A stretch of 63,220 nucleotides of DNA, filler included, from Octopus bimaculoides (GCF_001194135.2; 4 parts of 4 records of this genome joined end to end with filler, not necessarily neighbours in it), one strand, 5' to 3'; numbered from the whole stretch's first letter, positions 12,030-25,417 are shown. The notes: generated by a model from the sequence alone, not told the origin. A program made the numbers and translations.

Positions 12030-12790
12030 ATATTGTTACACCCCAATAAATTTTGCTACACAAAATTAATCAGTGTTACATATCATATGTTGTTGTTGTT
12101 ACACATTAAAAGGTAGTCACACTCATCAATAAATAGTGTTACACATCTGTAGATGTTGTTGCACCAATAGATAACACAGCATTATATATCAATAGATAAT
12201 GTTACACATGAAAAGCTATTCTCACCAAACAACAGATATTGTTACTCATATGTATATTCATACACACATACATACATAGATACATGCATTAATATATATG
12301 TATGTTTGTATATATATATATATATACACATATATATATATATATTACGTCACATGTAAACAAACTTAAGTTTGTTTTTGAAGCGCTGAAATGTATTGTG
12401 GTACAAGATATATTTTTTAATGAGTAAAATAACAGTATATATGGGATATTAGAGCACTTGACCGGAAATCAAAGGGATGTGAGTTCGATTCTCATGGCTG
12501 GTTGCTGACAGATTTTTCTGCTCTGTAAGGGATATTATCCCATATATACTGTTATATCAGTATTTCATGCAATGAAAAAGTATATCTTTCTACTAGTACC
12601 ATATATATATGTGTATATATATATATATATATATGTATATTTGTTACATATTTATGAGTATTGTTACACACCAATAGATATTGTCACACAACCACAGATA
12701 CTGTTACACACCAATAGCTATTGTTACACACAAGTAGTTGTCGTTACACTTCAGTAGTTCTTGTTACACATCAATAGATGTAGTCAGACA
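12030..12790. repeat. Degenerate ~20-bp minisatellite (TATTGTTACACACCAATAGA-like), split into two arrays
   Basis: Recurrent TGTTACAC cores at about 12030-12250 and 12660-12790. Confidence 0.7.
12429..12555 (+). other. tRNA-like fragment enclosed by 20-bp perfect inverted repeats
   Basis: ATAACAGTATATATGGGATA (12429-12448) and its exact reverse complement (12536-12555) flank TAGAGCA-CTTGA-CCGGAAA-TCAAAG..GTGAG-TTCGATT-CTCAT. Confidence 0.6.
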
Positions 12791-13110
12791 TTAAAAGTCA
12801 TTATCAAGTTAATTAATTTGGTATATTATGGTCATAATTGTTATGTATTAAACTAATGTTTTCGTTTCCAATATGTCCACTAAAATGGCTAAATTTTTTT
12901 TATTTCTGTAACTTGGGAATATTTTAGATTGTTGTGTTGTCAATATTGTAATTTTTTTGTTACTTTTGTTGTTTTCTTTGTTGACATTTCGCTTTTTGTT
13001 GTTGTTGTTGTTGATGTTGCTCTTTGTTGTTGCTATTCTCAATATCGTTCGTTTTATTATTATTATTGTTGATTTATATTTATATTTTTATCTTTTATTT
13101 TTTGTTTATT

Positions 13111-13327
13111 TGTTTTAGTCATTAGACTATGACCATGCTGGGGCACCACCTTGAAGAACTTTTATTCGAATGAATCGACCCTGTTCTTATTTTTTTAGTT
13201 AAGCCTAGTACTTATTCCGTTGATCTGTTTTGCTGAACCGCTAGATTACTGGGATGTAAACACACCAACACCAGTTGTCATGTGGTAGTGGGGGACAAAC
13301 ACAGACATGGAGACACACACACATGTG

Positions 13328-13364
<37 letters not shown>

Positions 13365-13512
13365 GACAGGCTTCTTCCAGTTTCCATCTATCAAACCCAC
13401 TCACAAAGCTTTGGTCAGCTTGAGGCTACAGCAGAAGATACTTGCCCAAGATGCATGTAGTGGGACTGAACCTGGAACCATGTATTTGGGAAGCAAGCTT
13501 CTTACTGCACAG
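13111..13512 (-). mobile_element. SINE family A, near full length with internal microsatellite
   Basis: On minus: tRNA/core head, then (TA)/(TG) tract, then ...GGTGCCCCAGCATGGTCATAGTC tail. Confidence 0.85.
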
Positions 13513-13550
13513 ACACAAATACACACACACACATATATATATATACACAC

Positions 13551-13582
<32 letters not shown>

Positions 13583-13673
13583 CAGAAGAATTCACAAAAA
13601 AAACAAAAGACTAAGACAGGTGGTGTAGACAACAAACAGATGTATTAGTTTAACGTTATATATATATATACAA

Positions 13674-13793
13674 TAGGCTTCTTTCAATTTCCATCTACCA
13701 AACCCACTCACAAGGCTTTAGTTCTCCCAAGGCTATAGTAGAAGACATTTGCCCAAGGTGCCATGAGGTGGGACTGAACCCAGAACCATGTGG
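13674..13793 (-). mobile_element. SINE family A head
   Basis: High similarity to 13364-13490. Confidence 0.85.
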
Positions 13794-14889
13794 TTTTGTT
13801 ATTGTTGTCATTACTCTTACTGACATTATTGTTAACATTGTTGATGTTGTTGGTTTTTTTTTTTCTTTAGTGCTTTTCATTCCAGGAAACATTAAAATAG
13901 ATTTTTTTTTAAATCAACTAAAATATTAAGAAAAAAAATAAATAATNNNNNNNNNNNNNNNNNNNNNNNNNNNNNNNNNNNNNNNNNNNNNNNNNNNNNN
14001 NNNNNNNNNNNNNNNNNNNNNNNNNNNNNNNNNNNNNNNNNNNNNNNNNNNNNNNNNNNNNNNNNNNNNNNNNNNNNNNNNNNNNNNNNNNNNNNNNNNN
14101 NNNNNNNNNNNNNNNNNNNNNNNNNNNNNNNNNNNNNNNNNNNNNNNNNNNNNNNNNNNNNNNNNNNNNNNNNNNNNNNNNNNNNNNNNNNNNNNNNNNN
14201 NNNNNNNNNNNNNNNNNNNNNNNNNNNNNNNNNNNNNNNNNNNNNNNNNNNNNNNNNNNNNNNNNNNNNNNNNNNNNNNNNNNNNNNNNNNNNNNNNNNN
14301 NNNNNNNNNNNNNNNNNNNNNNNCTCCTCTCCTTCCTCCTCCTCCCCCCTCCTCCTCCTCCTCATCATCATCATCCTCCCCATCATCATCACTGTCATCA
14401 TCATTTCCCAGACATTCTGCACCTTCTAAGGCTTTCTTCCTTACACAGAAAAAAAAGGCAGTACCAGCAACTTCCCATGACTATTTTCCTTACCTGCAAA
14501 AAAAAAAAATGAGAAGACACAGGTACTCCTAAGAGTAATGGGAGAGGTTATAAAAGCTTAAATATATAAAAATAATAAAATAAATGTATGCAAATTATCA
14601 AAAAAAAAATAAAAAGATATATACAGTACAGTACTGTTTCTACTGTTTCACCTATGGCAGGTGGTTTTTGGAATGTAATACCCATGCTAGTTGAGGGGTT
14701 ACTGCATAGGTAAAATCCAGGCAAACCCTCACAATCACTTCATGCAGAAATCTGGCTAGAAAAGTATTCATTCAAATAGCAGTGCAAAATTTCAATTGAG
14801 GAAAAAATATAGATACACACAAACATATATGAATACATGTATGTTTGTGTTTCTGTGTGCGTTTGTGTGTATATGTGTGTATACATATG

Positions 14890-14923
<34 letters not shown>

Positions 14924-16069
14924 TTTGTATATGAATGAGGGTGTGTGTGTTTGTAAAGAGGAAGGTAGACAGACACACAGACACACATACCAACAGACAG
15001 GCAGATGACAGAGAGAGCAATACTCAAAGATATTATTTATGTATGCATACATTTTAATCACAAGCACACTATATGCACACATACACATGCACATACATCA
15101 AACCCCCCACACACACACACACATACTCTCAAAGTTTCACACTTTTATATATGCATTCGTAAGAAATATAAGGTCTTCTTTTGAAAAGTCTTAATCAGCG
15201 AACACATTGATTAACAATATTGAAGATTTCTGCAGAACAACAACCCAAGAGTTATAACAATAAATTATGAAACCAAAACAACAACAACAACAATAGCAGC
15301 AGCAACAGCAGTAGCAAGCAATAAGCCAATCAAAAACCAGAAACAGCCGGATCAAAAATAAAAGTATAAAAATGCTGAGCAACAATCATTATAAAAACAG
15401 TAGCAGGAGCAGAACTAAACGAATCAAAATTGAGTAATAACACAACAAGAGCAATATACTAATGACAAAATAATAAAAATAAAAAAAAAATTCAAAGAGA
15501 GCATAACAATAACAAAAACAACAACAATGAATATAAACACACTGAAAGAGTAAAGCATAAAAATATGATAAAAAAAAAGAAGAATTTCAAAAAATAGATG
15601 CAAACCACACACACACTGTATTCCTTCTTTTGCAAATTAACTAATTATGAAATCTTTAGATTTTCCTGCTTTGATGATGCTTACGATGATCTAGAAAATT
15701 ACCAATATTTTTGAAGCCCCACCACCACCACCGCTGTCACCACCACCACCGTCACTGCCACAACCCCACTACCACCATCACCCATATACACATACACAGC
15801 ATCACACTTGTTGTTGCTGTTGTTGTTGCTCCTCTTCTTCTTCTTCNNNNNNNNNNNNNNNNNNNNNNNNNNNNNNNNNNNNNNNNNNNNNNNNNNNNNN
15901 NNNNNNNNNNNNNNNNNNNNNNNNNNNNNNNNNNNNNNNNNNNNNNNNNNNNNNNNNNNNNNNNNNNNNNNNNNNNNNNNNNNNNNNNNNNNNNNNNNNN
16001 NNNNNNNNNNNNNNNNNNNNNNNNNNNNNNNNNNNNNNNNNNNNNNNNNNNNNNNNNNNNNNNNNNNNN

Positions 16070-16111
<42 letters not shown>

Positions 16112-16117
16112 TTTAAC

Positions 16118-16148
<31 letters not shown>

Positions 16149-16458
16149 CAGACGATCATAAAAATGGATCAGTAGTAAGATAGTTATATAGACACATAGA
16201 TAAACATAGCTATAAAGTCATATGGATAAACAGATAGACATCAGCTTCTCTATTTCTAAGGAGACAGCTTCTGAAATACATAAATTATAACATGTATTAG
16301 GGACTTATATGTATGACTAAGACATTCATCATCATCGTTGTCATCATTGTTATCATCATCATCATCATCATCATTATCATTTAACATAGATGTTCCAGGC
16401 TGGCAAGGAGTTAAGACAAGGAGTTAGACAAAATCCAATGGGGCCGAGAACTGCATAT

Positions 16459-16531
16459 TTTTTGCTTTGGCAGTTTTTGCTTTGGCAGTTTTTGCTTTGG
16501 CAGTTTTTGATTTGGCAGTTTTTGCTTTGGC
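16459..16531. repeat. 15-bp tandem repeat (TTTTTGCTTTGGCAG) x5
   Basis: Direct reading; one variant unit. Confidence 0.9.
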
Positions 16532-18162
16532 ATGGTCTCTATGACTGAATGCATTTCCTTCTACATTCCAACACCTTTACAGCAAATACTTGGTTCTTTG
16601 TTCCTTGCCACCAGCACAAGAGAAGTTGCCATGCTTCTTGCCAGACTATGAACCTTGAAGTGAAGAGAGATGAAGACCTAAAGCAGTGGTTCATATGAAC
16701 TTTAGGGGGTCTACATAAGATTTTGCTGTTCAAATTTATTTGCAATAAATTGGTTGTACTTCTACATCTCAGGAAATATTTCAACAAATTTTCAACAAAT
16801 TTTCAACACAGGAAATATTTCAACACATTCCTAATAATATTTAACCCTTTAGCATTTAATCCTGCCAAATTCTGCTCAAATATTCTATATGTTTTAACAT
16901 TCAAACTGGCCTTATTTAACCTCTCACACCTAACCTATGCTAACATTCTAAAAGCAAAAAAAAAAAATTGCAGCAAAGCTGCATGATAGTGCTGTCAGGC
17001 ATGGCATGCAGACCATCATGTAACTTGTTTTATTCTTCTCTTCTGTTTTATTTTGACATGCTCATTGCATTTTTATCTTTCTCTTCCATTTTACAAATTC
17101 AGTGTGCACATATACATTGCGTGTTCATACTTCTTTTTCCAGTTCCTACTCAAAACTGTTTACATATCACAACCATCTCATGAACCTGTGTTTGTGAGGA
17201 GTGTTTCGCACTTTGATGTTTGTAAAATAAGCAATCACATCATCAAAACCTCAAAGTTATAAAATAATGCATGATTAATTCAAAACAATTTTAATAAAAA
17301 GGCATTACATTTGACAGAGTAATCTGAACATAAAAAGGTTGATCATAAAAATATCAAAACATCAAATTTTTATTAGGGTCCAGCAGAGTAAAAAAGGAAT
17401 CAAAGGGGTCAAAGGGGTTCATAGGCAAAAAATGGTTGAAAATCTCCAGGCTAAAGTCTGTGAGAAGGAGGCAGAGCAGGTTCATTGCTGTTTAAGAGTT
17501 ACATGGTTAATGAGATTTAGAAGAGAGAGTGCGAATGATTGGGTGGAGCTGGAAAGAGATAAAATAGTAATAAGTGAGTGCTTGGGTGACAACTCAAGTC
17601 AGGAAGTGAGTGGGAATGGAGGCACAAGGATTGTGGGTACATGAGGAATTTGTAAGAGTATATGGTAAGGTAAAGGTGAAGGTTACTTTCTCAAGTCATA
17701 CCGACTCATAAAGGGCTTTATGGTGGATATACTCCCCACCTGGATGGGATGCTGGTCCGTCACAGGAAAAGTTAGATAGATAGATAAATAGACAGATAGA
17801 TAGACAGACAGACACACAGACAGATAAATAGATGGATAGATAGATAGATAGATTGACATAGATCAATAGATAGATATATATAAACATATAAATGAATATG
17901 TGTGGGTGTTGGTGTTTATTTGTGCCCTCTTGTTTTCAGATCATACGATGGTTGCATAGTTTCTTCTATACAAGCGGTTTTTTTTGTTCATTTCCAATCT
18001 TTCATGAATGGATGTCCAGCCAAGGGAAATATTACATTGGAAATAAGTCAAGATTGATGAGAAGAAGGGCATCCAGATGTATAAAATCTGCCTCAACAAA
18101 TTCCATTGACCCATAGAAATGTAGACATTAAAACGCAAATAAATAAATAAATAAATAAATAA

Positions 18163-18203
<41 letters not shown>

Positions 18204-19372
18204 NNNNNNNNNNNNNNNNNNNNNNNNNNNNNNNNNNNNNNNNNNNNNNNNNNNNNNNNNNNNNNNNNNNNNNNNNNNNNNNNNNNNNNNNNNNNNNNNN
18301 NNNNNNNNNNNNNNNNNNNNNNNNNNNNNNNNNNNNNNNNNNNNNNNNNNNNNNNNNNNNNNNNNNNNNNNNNNNNNNNNNNNNNNNNNNNNNNNNNNNN
18401 NNNNNNNNNNNNNNNNNNNNNNNNNNNNNNNNNNNNNNNNNNNNNNNNNNNNNNNNNNNNNNNNNNNNNNNNNNNNNNNNNNNNNNNNNNNNNNNNNNNN
18501 NNNNNNNNNNNNNNNNNNNNNNNNNNNNNNNNNNNNNNNNNNNNNNNNNNNNNNNNNNNNNNNNNNNNNNNNNNNNNNNNNNNNNNNNNNNNNNNNNNNN
18601 NNNNNNNNNNNNNNNNNNNNNNNNNNNNNNNNNNNNNNNNNNNNNNNNNNNNNNNNNNNNNNNNNNNNNNNNNNNNNNNNNNNNNNNNNNNNNNNNNNNN
18701 NNNNNNNNNNNNNNNNNNNNNNNNNNNNNNNNNNNNNNNNNNNNNNNNNNNNNNNNNNNNNNNNNNNNNNNNNNNNNNNNNNNNNTATAATAAAAAGATT
18801 AATTATTGTTCTACTTACGATCTGACGAGTAGCTATATTTTTGAATAGAACTTATTTTAGATAATTTCAATTGATTTTAATCGATTTAAATTTCTTTTCT
18901 ATTTGAAAATTGGTTATGAAACACGTGTAATCTTTTTATTATATTTATCTTATGATATTTACTTTACTTTATATTATACTCATTTATTGTGCTTTTAATT
19001 ATTAATTTTTCTATATGTGATAGTGGATTTTCATCGATGAGTTCTTGAAAATTGGTTATTTTCCCTAAAACTATATATATTTTATATATACTTTATCTAT
19101 AAGGCTCAATTTAATTTTTTATAAATTGATTTTAATTGAGTTTTTTACCTGTAATTTTGGATTTTGTCCCTAATAATATTATTATATATATATATATATA
19201 TAGATATAGATATATAGAAATTACTTATAAGAACTAAATGAACAAAAAGAAACCACTTGTATAGAAGAGATTATGCAACCATCACATGTTTTAACAAGGG
19301 GACACAAATAAACACCAACACCCACACAAACACACACATTCATTTAGATATATGTATTATGTATATGTATAC

Positions 19373-19408
<36 letters not shown>

Positions 19409-19431
19409 ATATATATATATATTCTTTTATA

Positions 19432-19634
19432 CTTTTACTTGTTTCAGTCATTTTGACTGTGGCTATAATGGAGCACCACCTTTAGTCAAACAAATCAGCC
19501 CAGGACTTATTCTTAGTACTTATTCTATCAGTTTCTTTTGTCAAACCACTAAGTTACATGGACGTAAACACACCAACAGCGGTTGTCAAGCAATGGTGGG
19601 GGGACAAACACAGACACACAAATACATACATACA

Positions 19635-19692
<58 letters not shown>

Positions 19693-19783
19693 AGGCTTCC
19701 TTCAGTTTCCATCTACCAAATCCACTCACAAGGCTTTGGTCAGCCTGAGGCTACAGTAGATGACACTTGCCCAAGGTGCCATA
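19432..19783 (-). mobile_element. SINE family A with internal (TACA)n(TA)n
   Basis: Same tail / microsatellite / head order as 13111-13512. Confidence 0.85.
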
Positions 19784-19793
19784 NNNNNNNNNN

Positions 19794-19842
<49 letters not shown>

Positions 19843-20499
19843 TATACTTGTGTGTATACAGAACATACATATCCATACACATGTGTGTGTGTGTGTACAC
19901 ATACATACATACACATATGCACATGTACTTCAATAAGGACATGTGCATACACTCTCACGCTTTGCAGTGGAGTTTATTGTTCATTATGAAGAGCTCCAAT
20001 AACTAGAGTAGTTTGAATTTTCTATTTTCACAACAATGTTGAAACTTTGAATTTTGTTGAGCTGATCCATTTGCATTCTCTTGTCCATTGATATACTTAG
20101 CATTCCTGAACCACTTACATTCATACGACACAGCTGATATCTGCCTTCTCACTGAATGATATTTCCAAAATAACTCTCGGCTTCCTCTGACTCTGTTATT
20201 ATCGTCATAAAAACTCAAGGAGTGACCACTGCAACTTCATAAATTCTTCACTTCATGCACAATTCTTTGTGATTGTGTCATTGTGTCTGTATCACTTTTC
20301 CTTTGACTAATTAATGTTACTACCTTGTATTGTGCTCTCTCCATAGAAGTGTCTTCATTAGCATATTCCAATCATTTATTTCTTTATTATGCTTTCTCAC
20401 ATCTTTCTGAGGTTTTCTCTTCTTTTTGTTTTTTAGCATATTTGTTTATTCCAGTTGCTTTTTCTTTTCAATATTTTTTATCCATAATGTGTGCGTATA

Positions 20500-20708
20500 C
20501 AGGGTGGCCCAAAAGTAGGTTTACAGTTATCACGTAGGCACTTTAAATTTCTTTTAAAACATTTTAGTACGTTTAGATTTCTATCTTACAATTAACTAAA
20601 TTAGCATAGAATAATAGTTATATTTTTTTATAAATATGATCTTAACTGTTAATATATGAATGCCAAAAAATAGTTAAATAATTGTGAACCTACTTTTGGG
20701 CCACCCTA
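20500..20708. mobile_element. Tc1/mariner-type MITE, 209 bp
   Basis: TIRs CAGGGTGGCCCAAAAGTAGGTT (20500-20521) and AACCTACTTTTGGGCCACCCTA (20687-20708), with TA on both sides. Confidence 0.9.
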
Positions 20709-20867
20709 TATATATATATATGTATATGCATATATACATATATATATATTATATATAAATAAGGATAAGATCGATATATAAAATATCGATCTTATCAAGT
20801 GGCCAGCATGGGAATAAAAACCATCAAAGGTAACAATTATTTAAAATTATAATATATCTAAGAGATA

Positions 20868-21047
20868 CCGCCACACTGAAAATAGCAGTCAAATCTTGAC
20901 TCTAAACCACAATAAATGTTCTTATGGCACAAAAGGCAAAGACGAAGACATGATAAACTAGCTATGTCTTCGTCTTCGCTCTTTGTGCTATATGACCATT
21001 TATTGTAGTTTCGAGTCAAGATTTGACTGCTATTTTCAGTGTGGCGG
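20868..21047. repeat. Foldback palindrome, ~84-bp arms, ~12-nt loop
   Basis: CCGCCACACTGAAAATAGCAGTC... pairs with ...GACTGCTATTTTCAGTGTGGCGG; about 8 mismatches by manual alignment; the right arm runs into a gap. Confidence 0.9.
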
Positions 21048-21193
21048 NNNNNNNNNNNNNNNNNNNNNNNNNNNNNNNNNNNNNNNNNNNNNNNNNNNNN
21101 NNNNNNNNNNNNNNNNNNNNNNNNNNNNNNNNNNNNNNNNNNNNNNNNNNNNNNNNNNNNNNNNNNNNNNNNNNNNNNNNNNNNNNNNNNNNN

Positions 21194-21224
<31 letters not shown>

Positions 21225-22112
21225 TGCAAAAATAAAGGTTATCTGGTAACACACTTTAGGCTTATACTAAAATATGATTAACTGTAGCAGTTAATGTTAT
21301 ATAGTTTGTCATATTAAAATTCTTTGCTCTCTCTCTCCTGTGATCCTGATATATATACATAGGCATACCTCAACTTACATCACTTTGAGTTAAATATTTT
21401 TGACTTTACGTTTTTTAAAGAACTTAATGGGAAAAAATATATCTCAACTTCAACTGATTTATCTGACTCTACATTAGTCTCACCAAACATTCAAAAGTAT
21501 GAAAATTTATAAAAACACCTAAAAACCAATACTGATGTAGAAAATCAAATGAAATACATGTGAAAATATGTTCTTTAAACAGTTTTCGCTAATAAATTTT
21601 TTTAACATGTTTTTCATGTTACATCATTTTTTTAAAAATTAAGTCACATATTTTGCAACCAGTTACCAACATTGGTTGAGATATTCCTGCAACTAAACAT
21701 CAAGCATGTAAAGTGCAATATCAAGAAATCCAGTCAAACTAGCAGCATTGAATTAGTCATGCATATACAAAATTTCATGGCCTCTTGGTTGGTAGGGCTG
21801 TAACAACTATTTACAAGACCAAGTTCATTATCATGAAACAAATCCTAGATACAAAGAATAAATAAAATGTCATAATTGGAAAAGATTTATTCAGATCTAG
21901 TTAATCCAGTTACATTTGTTTCGTCAGAAACATACAGAAGTAGAATGCTATTAAATTATCAAATTATACTGAAAATTTAAAGAAAGAAGACTGAGCCCTT
22001 TATTATTCAGATTACTCTGTCAAGTGCAAAGCTTATTTCTTCACATTGTTTTGAATTTATCATGCATTATCCTGCAGCTATGAGTTTTTGATGAAGTTGT
22101 TGTTGATTTTTA

Positions 22113-22732
22113 GATGAGGAAATGGGTCGTACGCAATGTTTCAAATGGCATGGGTGCTTCAAAAGTGGAAGAACGTTCCTGTAAGATGATGAACGATATG
22201 CCACGAGTGTCACCCACAGAAATGTGGTATTGTGCATCAAGAATTCATCCCCCAGAGCCAGACTGTATATTGAGAGTTCTATTGTGATGTTTTGAAGTAT
22301 TTAATGGAAGACATTAGGTGTGAGTGGATCTGTAGAGGGTGAAAAATTGGATTCTTCATGAGGACAATGCACCTTGTCACCAAGCTTGCCACACTCATGA
22401 GTTTCTCACCAAAAAAACAATGTGTCATTGCTTCTACACCCATCCTATTCACCAGATTTAGTGCCTGTGGACTTTCATCTCTTTCTCAAGATGAAAAAGT
22501 ACCTCCGAGGCTGCCATTTTAACACTGTTACCGAGATCAAGAGTGAGTCACAGATGGTACTCAATTCACAGAAAACAACTTCCAGACCAGATTCCAAAAG
22601 TGGCAGGGACACCATGACCGGTATTTTGCTGTGCATGGTGACTATTTCAAGGGAAAGGATGTTAAAACTTAGGTAAATAAGTTATTTTTTATGAAACATA
22701 ACTTGTCTGGTGAATCTTTTGATAACACCTCA
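22113..22732 (+). mobile_element. Mariner transposase relic (internally deleted)
   Basis: EMGRTQCFKWHGCFKSGR HTH part, NWILHEDNAPCH, HPSYSPDLVPVDFHLF (YSPDL motif), and a 3' TIR-like end TTTTGATAACACCTCA-TA. Confidence 0.85.
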
Positions 22733-23413
22733 TACAAGTGAAGACTGTCTGGCAGACTCTGTAGAAGAAATCTTCATGGTTCAATGAAAGGAAAGGTAGC
22801 TACAGTAATGCATTCTGGGACACTGAGAGGAAGATCAGTCACGTAAGGTATTTTAGCCATTTACTACATCTGCCTCCATCCCTGGTCATCTTGACCTGGT
22901 CTTGCCACAGGATTAAAGATGGTCCTGGATGAGAGAGTTGGGTAGATGGTTCACAACACATCTTCACTTTAAACAGTTTCCGTGCAAGTCATCAGTCATT
23001 CTTGAAAATGACGAGATGGTCCCTGTTGCTCTGACAGATGGACATGACAATGTGTGCAAGTATGCAATATGATGCATTGAATGTATATAACATTCTACAC
23101 GTTTTCTTTTGCTATGTTACCGAAGAGTTTACTCTCCAAAGGTCAAATACACTTTCACTTTCTTAATCTTTCATTGAGTATTCAACTTAAAATTACCTTT
23201 TGTTTTCCATTTATCTTTGTCATTATTTTTCAACGTAAATTTTAAGCACAAGTGTAAAAATATATGTGTATGTGTGTGTATGTATATGTATGCATGTGTA
23301 TATGTATAAGTGCATTTGCATTTCACACAACATTTGCATTCAAATAATTATCAGTGCAAAATCTATAATGTATACACAAATGTAGAACAGTACTACAACA
23401 TATTGTTTCATAC

Positions 23414-23450
<37 letters not shown>

Positions 23451-23483
23451 AATTTTATATATATATATATATACATATATATA

Positions 23484-23678
23484 CTAGCAGAAAGATCGCC
23501 CTCTGGGCAGTTTTCTGAAAGCCCCTCGACAATATTTTCACAGTTGATTCCCAATTCTAATAGTTTTATATTATACATCTAATTATTTCTTTGTATAATA
23601 GTGCTCATTTGCTTAGTAAATATCGCTTTCATTATTTTATCACTGTCATAATCTCTCTTTTTTAAACAAACATCACGG
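23484..23678 (-). mobile_element. Putative non-autonomous Helitron 3' end
   Basis: On minus: GCCC-AGA-GGGC hairpin (23508-23498), 10-nt spacer, CTAG (23487-23484), then T. Confidence 0.55.
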
Positions 23679-23722
23679 NNNNNNNNNNNNNNNNNNNNNN
23701 NNNNNNNNNNNNNNNNNNNNNN

Positions 23723-23734
23723 TTAATTAATTAA
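23723..23734. other. Assembly spacer TTAATTAATTAA (artefact)
   Basis: Exactly 44 N on each side (100 bp total); stop codons in all six frames. Confidence 0.9.
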
Positions 23735-23778
23735 NNNNNNNNNNNNNNNNNNNNNNNNNNNNNNNNNNNNNNNNNNNN

Positions 23779-23870
23779 TGGTGTTGCCATCCGGTTTCAC
23801 CAGTCCTCAGTCAAATCGTCCAACCCATGCTAGCATGGAAAGCAGACGTTAAACGATGATGATGATGATG

Positions 23871-23872
<2 letters not shown>
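23779..23872 (+). mobile_element. RTE LINE 3' tail
   Basis: Near-identical to 10999-11094, ending in (GAT)n. Confidence 0.9.
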
Positions 23873-23904
<32 letters not shown>

Positions 23905-25417
23905 GTATGTGTGTGTGTGTGTGTGTGTTTGTGTGTGTATATGGGTGTGTATAGTTAATACATTAAGAATATAGATAGGTGTATTAGAAAGTCACGATGT
24001 GTATGAGGTATAGTTTTTGTTTGGGGATTTTTTCGGTAAAGACCGGTTGTTTTGGTGAGGGCTGTTTTGTTTTGTTTACATTCGAAGAGTACATAGGTAA
24101 AGATGAGTTTGTTTGATTTTTTTTCAGTTTATTTATTTAATATTTAATGTATAATATATAAATATATATATATGAGTGTGTGTATATATAGTTAGCATAT
24201 AGATAAGTGTAGTATGGAATTACCGTATGTGTGAGTTAGAATTTTATTGTAAGTGTTTTTGTCATTGAAGACGGTTTTCTTTTCTTATTTACAATTTATG
24301 ATATCGTAAATGTAATACGGATATTGAGATGTAATATAGTGTGATAGTACTGAGGTATATATATTTTGCTGAATTGATATAAGATTAAATTTTATTTTAA
24401 TTGTGTATATTGGTATGTGCTAGAGTTTATTAGAGCGAATTTTATTTAAGAACATTATCATCATTATTATTGTTATTATTATTATTTAAGTGTGTTTTTG
24501 TTTTACTCTAGTTTGAATGTTATAATTAAGAAATTTTTTTTTTAAATTGTTTTCTACGGCATGATTTCTTTCTTTCTTACATTCTTTATTTATTTATTTA
24601 ATTTGATATTTATTTTGATGATTTATTGTTCTAACGGATTTTATAGCGTTCTAAATTGAACAGTAAATGAATTTTATAATATAAAATTTTTTTTTTATAT
24701 TTGAGTAAATTTACCGTTTGCTCATTCATTGCCCATTTGAGATGGAAAGTTGTGTGCCATCTATTACTTTTTCATCCTGTTTTGTATATTTTCATGGGTC
24801 AACTATGAAAATTAGATTTGAATGGTTTCTGTTTTTTATTGGATGTGTATTGCTAATAATAATGATGGTGATGATAGCAATAATAATGGGACCCTGAGGA
24901 GATGGAGTATCCTATATTTTATAATATTTTATAATATTTTATAATATTTTATAATATTTTATATTTTATGATATGTATTAATCATTCTGGATGTTCTATC
25001 GAAATGTACATAGGTCTATTTATTTGTTATTATTATTGTTATTGTTGTAATAAAGTATTTNNNNNNNNNNNNNNNNNNNNNNNNNNNNNNNNNNNNNNNN
25101 NNNNNNNNNNNNNNNNNNNNNNNNNNNNNNNNNNNNNNNNNNNNNNNNNNNNNNNNNNNNNNNNNNNNNNNNNNNNNNNNNNNNNNNNNNNNNNNNNNNN
25201 NNNNNNNNNNNNNNNNNNNNNNNNNNNNNNNNNNNNNNNNNNNNNNNNNNNNNNNNNNNNNNNNNNNNNNNNNNNNNNNNNNNNNNNNNNNNNNNNNNNN
25301 NNNNNNNNNNNNNNNTATATATACATACAATTTAGAGAAGAACCACCATTATACAAGTCAGACAATGAAAGATCCCAAAGACACCATCCAGAAAAAATAC
25401 ACTATAAAAATACTAAT

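Noticed and set aside
14324-14493. Minus-strand exon (strong TTTTGCAG acceptor) leading to an acidic D/E run
   Set aside because: The phase-0 frame from the acceptor hits TGA before the acidic run, which is just GAT/GAG microsatellite running into a gap.
23723-23734. TTAATTAATTAA recurring three times as a possible biological motif
   Set aside because: Each copy is centred in exactly 44 N + 44 N; it is a six-frame-stop scaffolding spacer. Adjacency across these gaps is uncertain.
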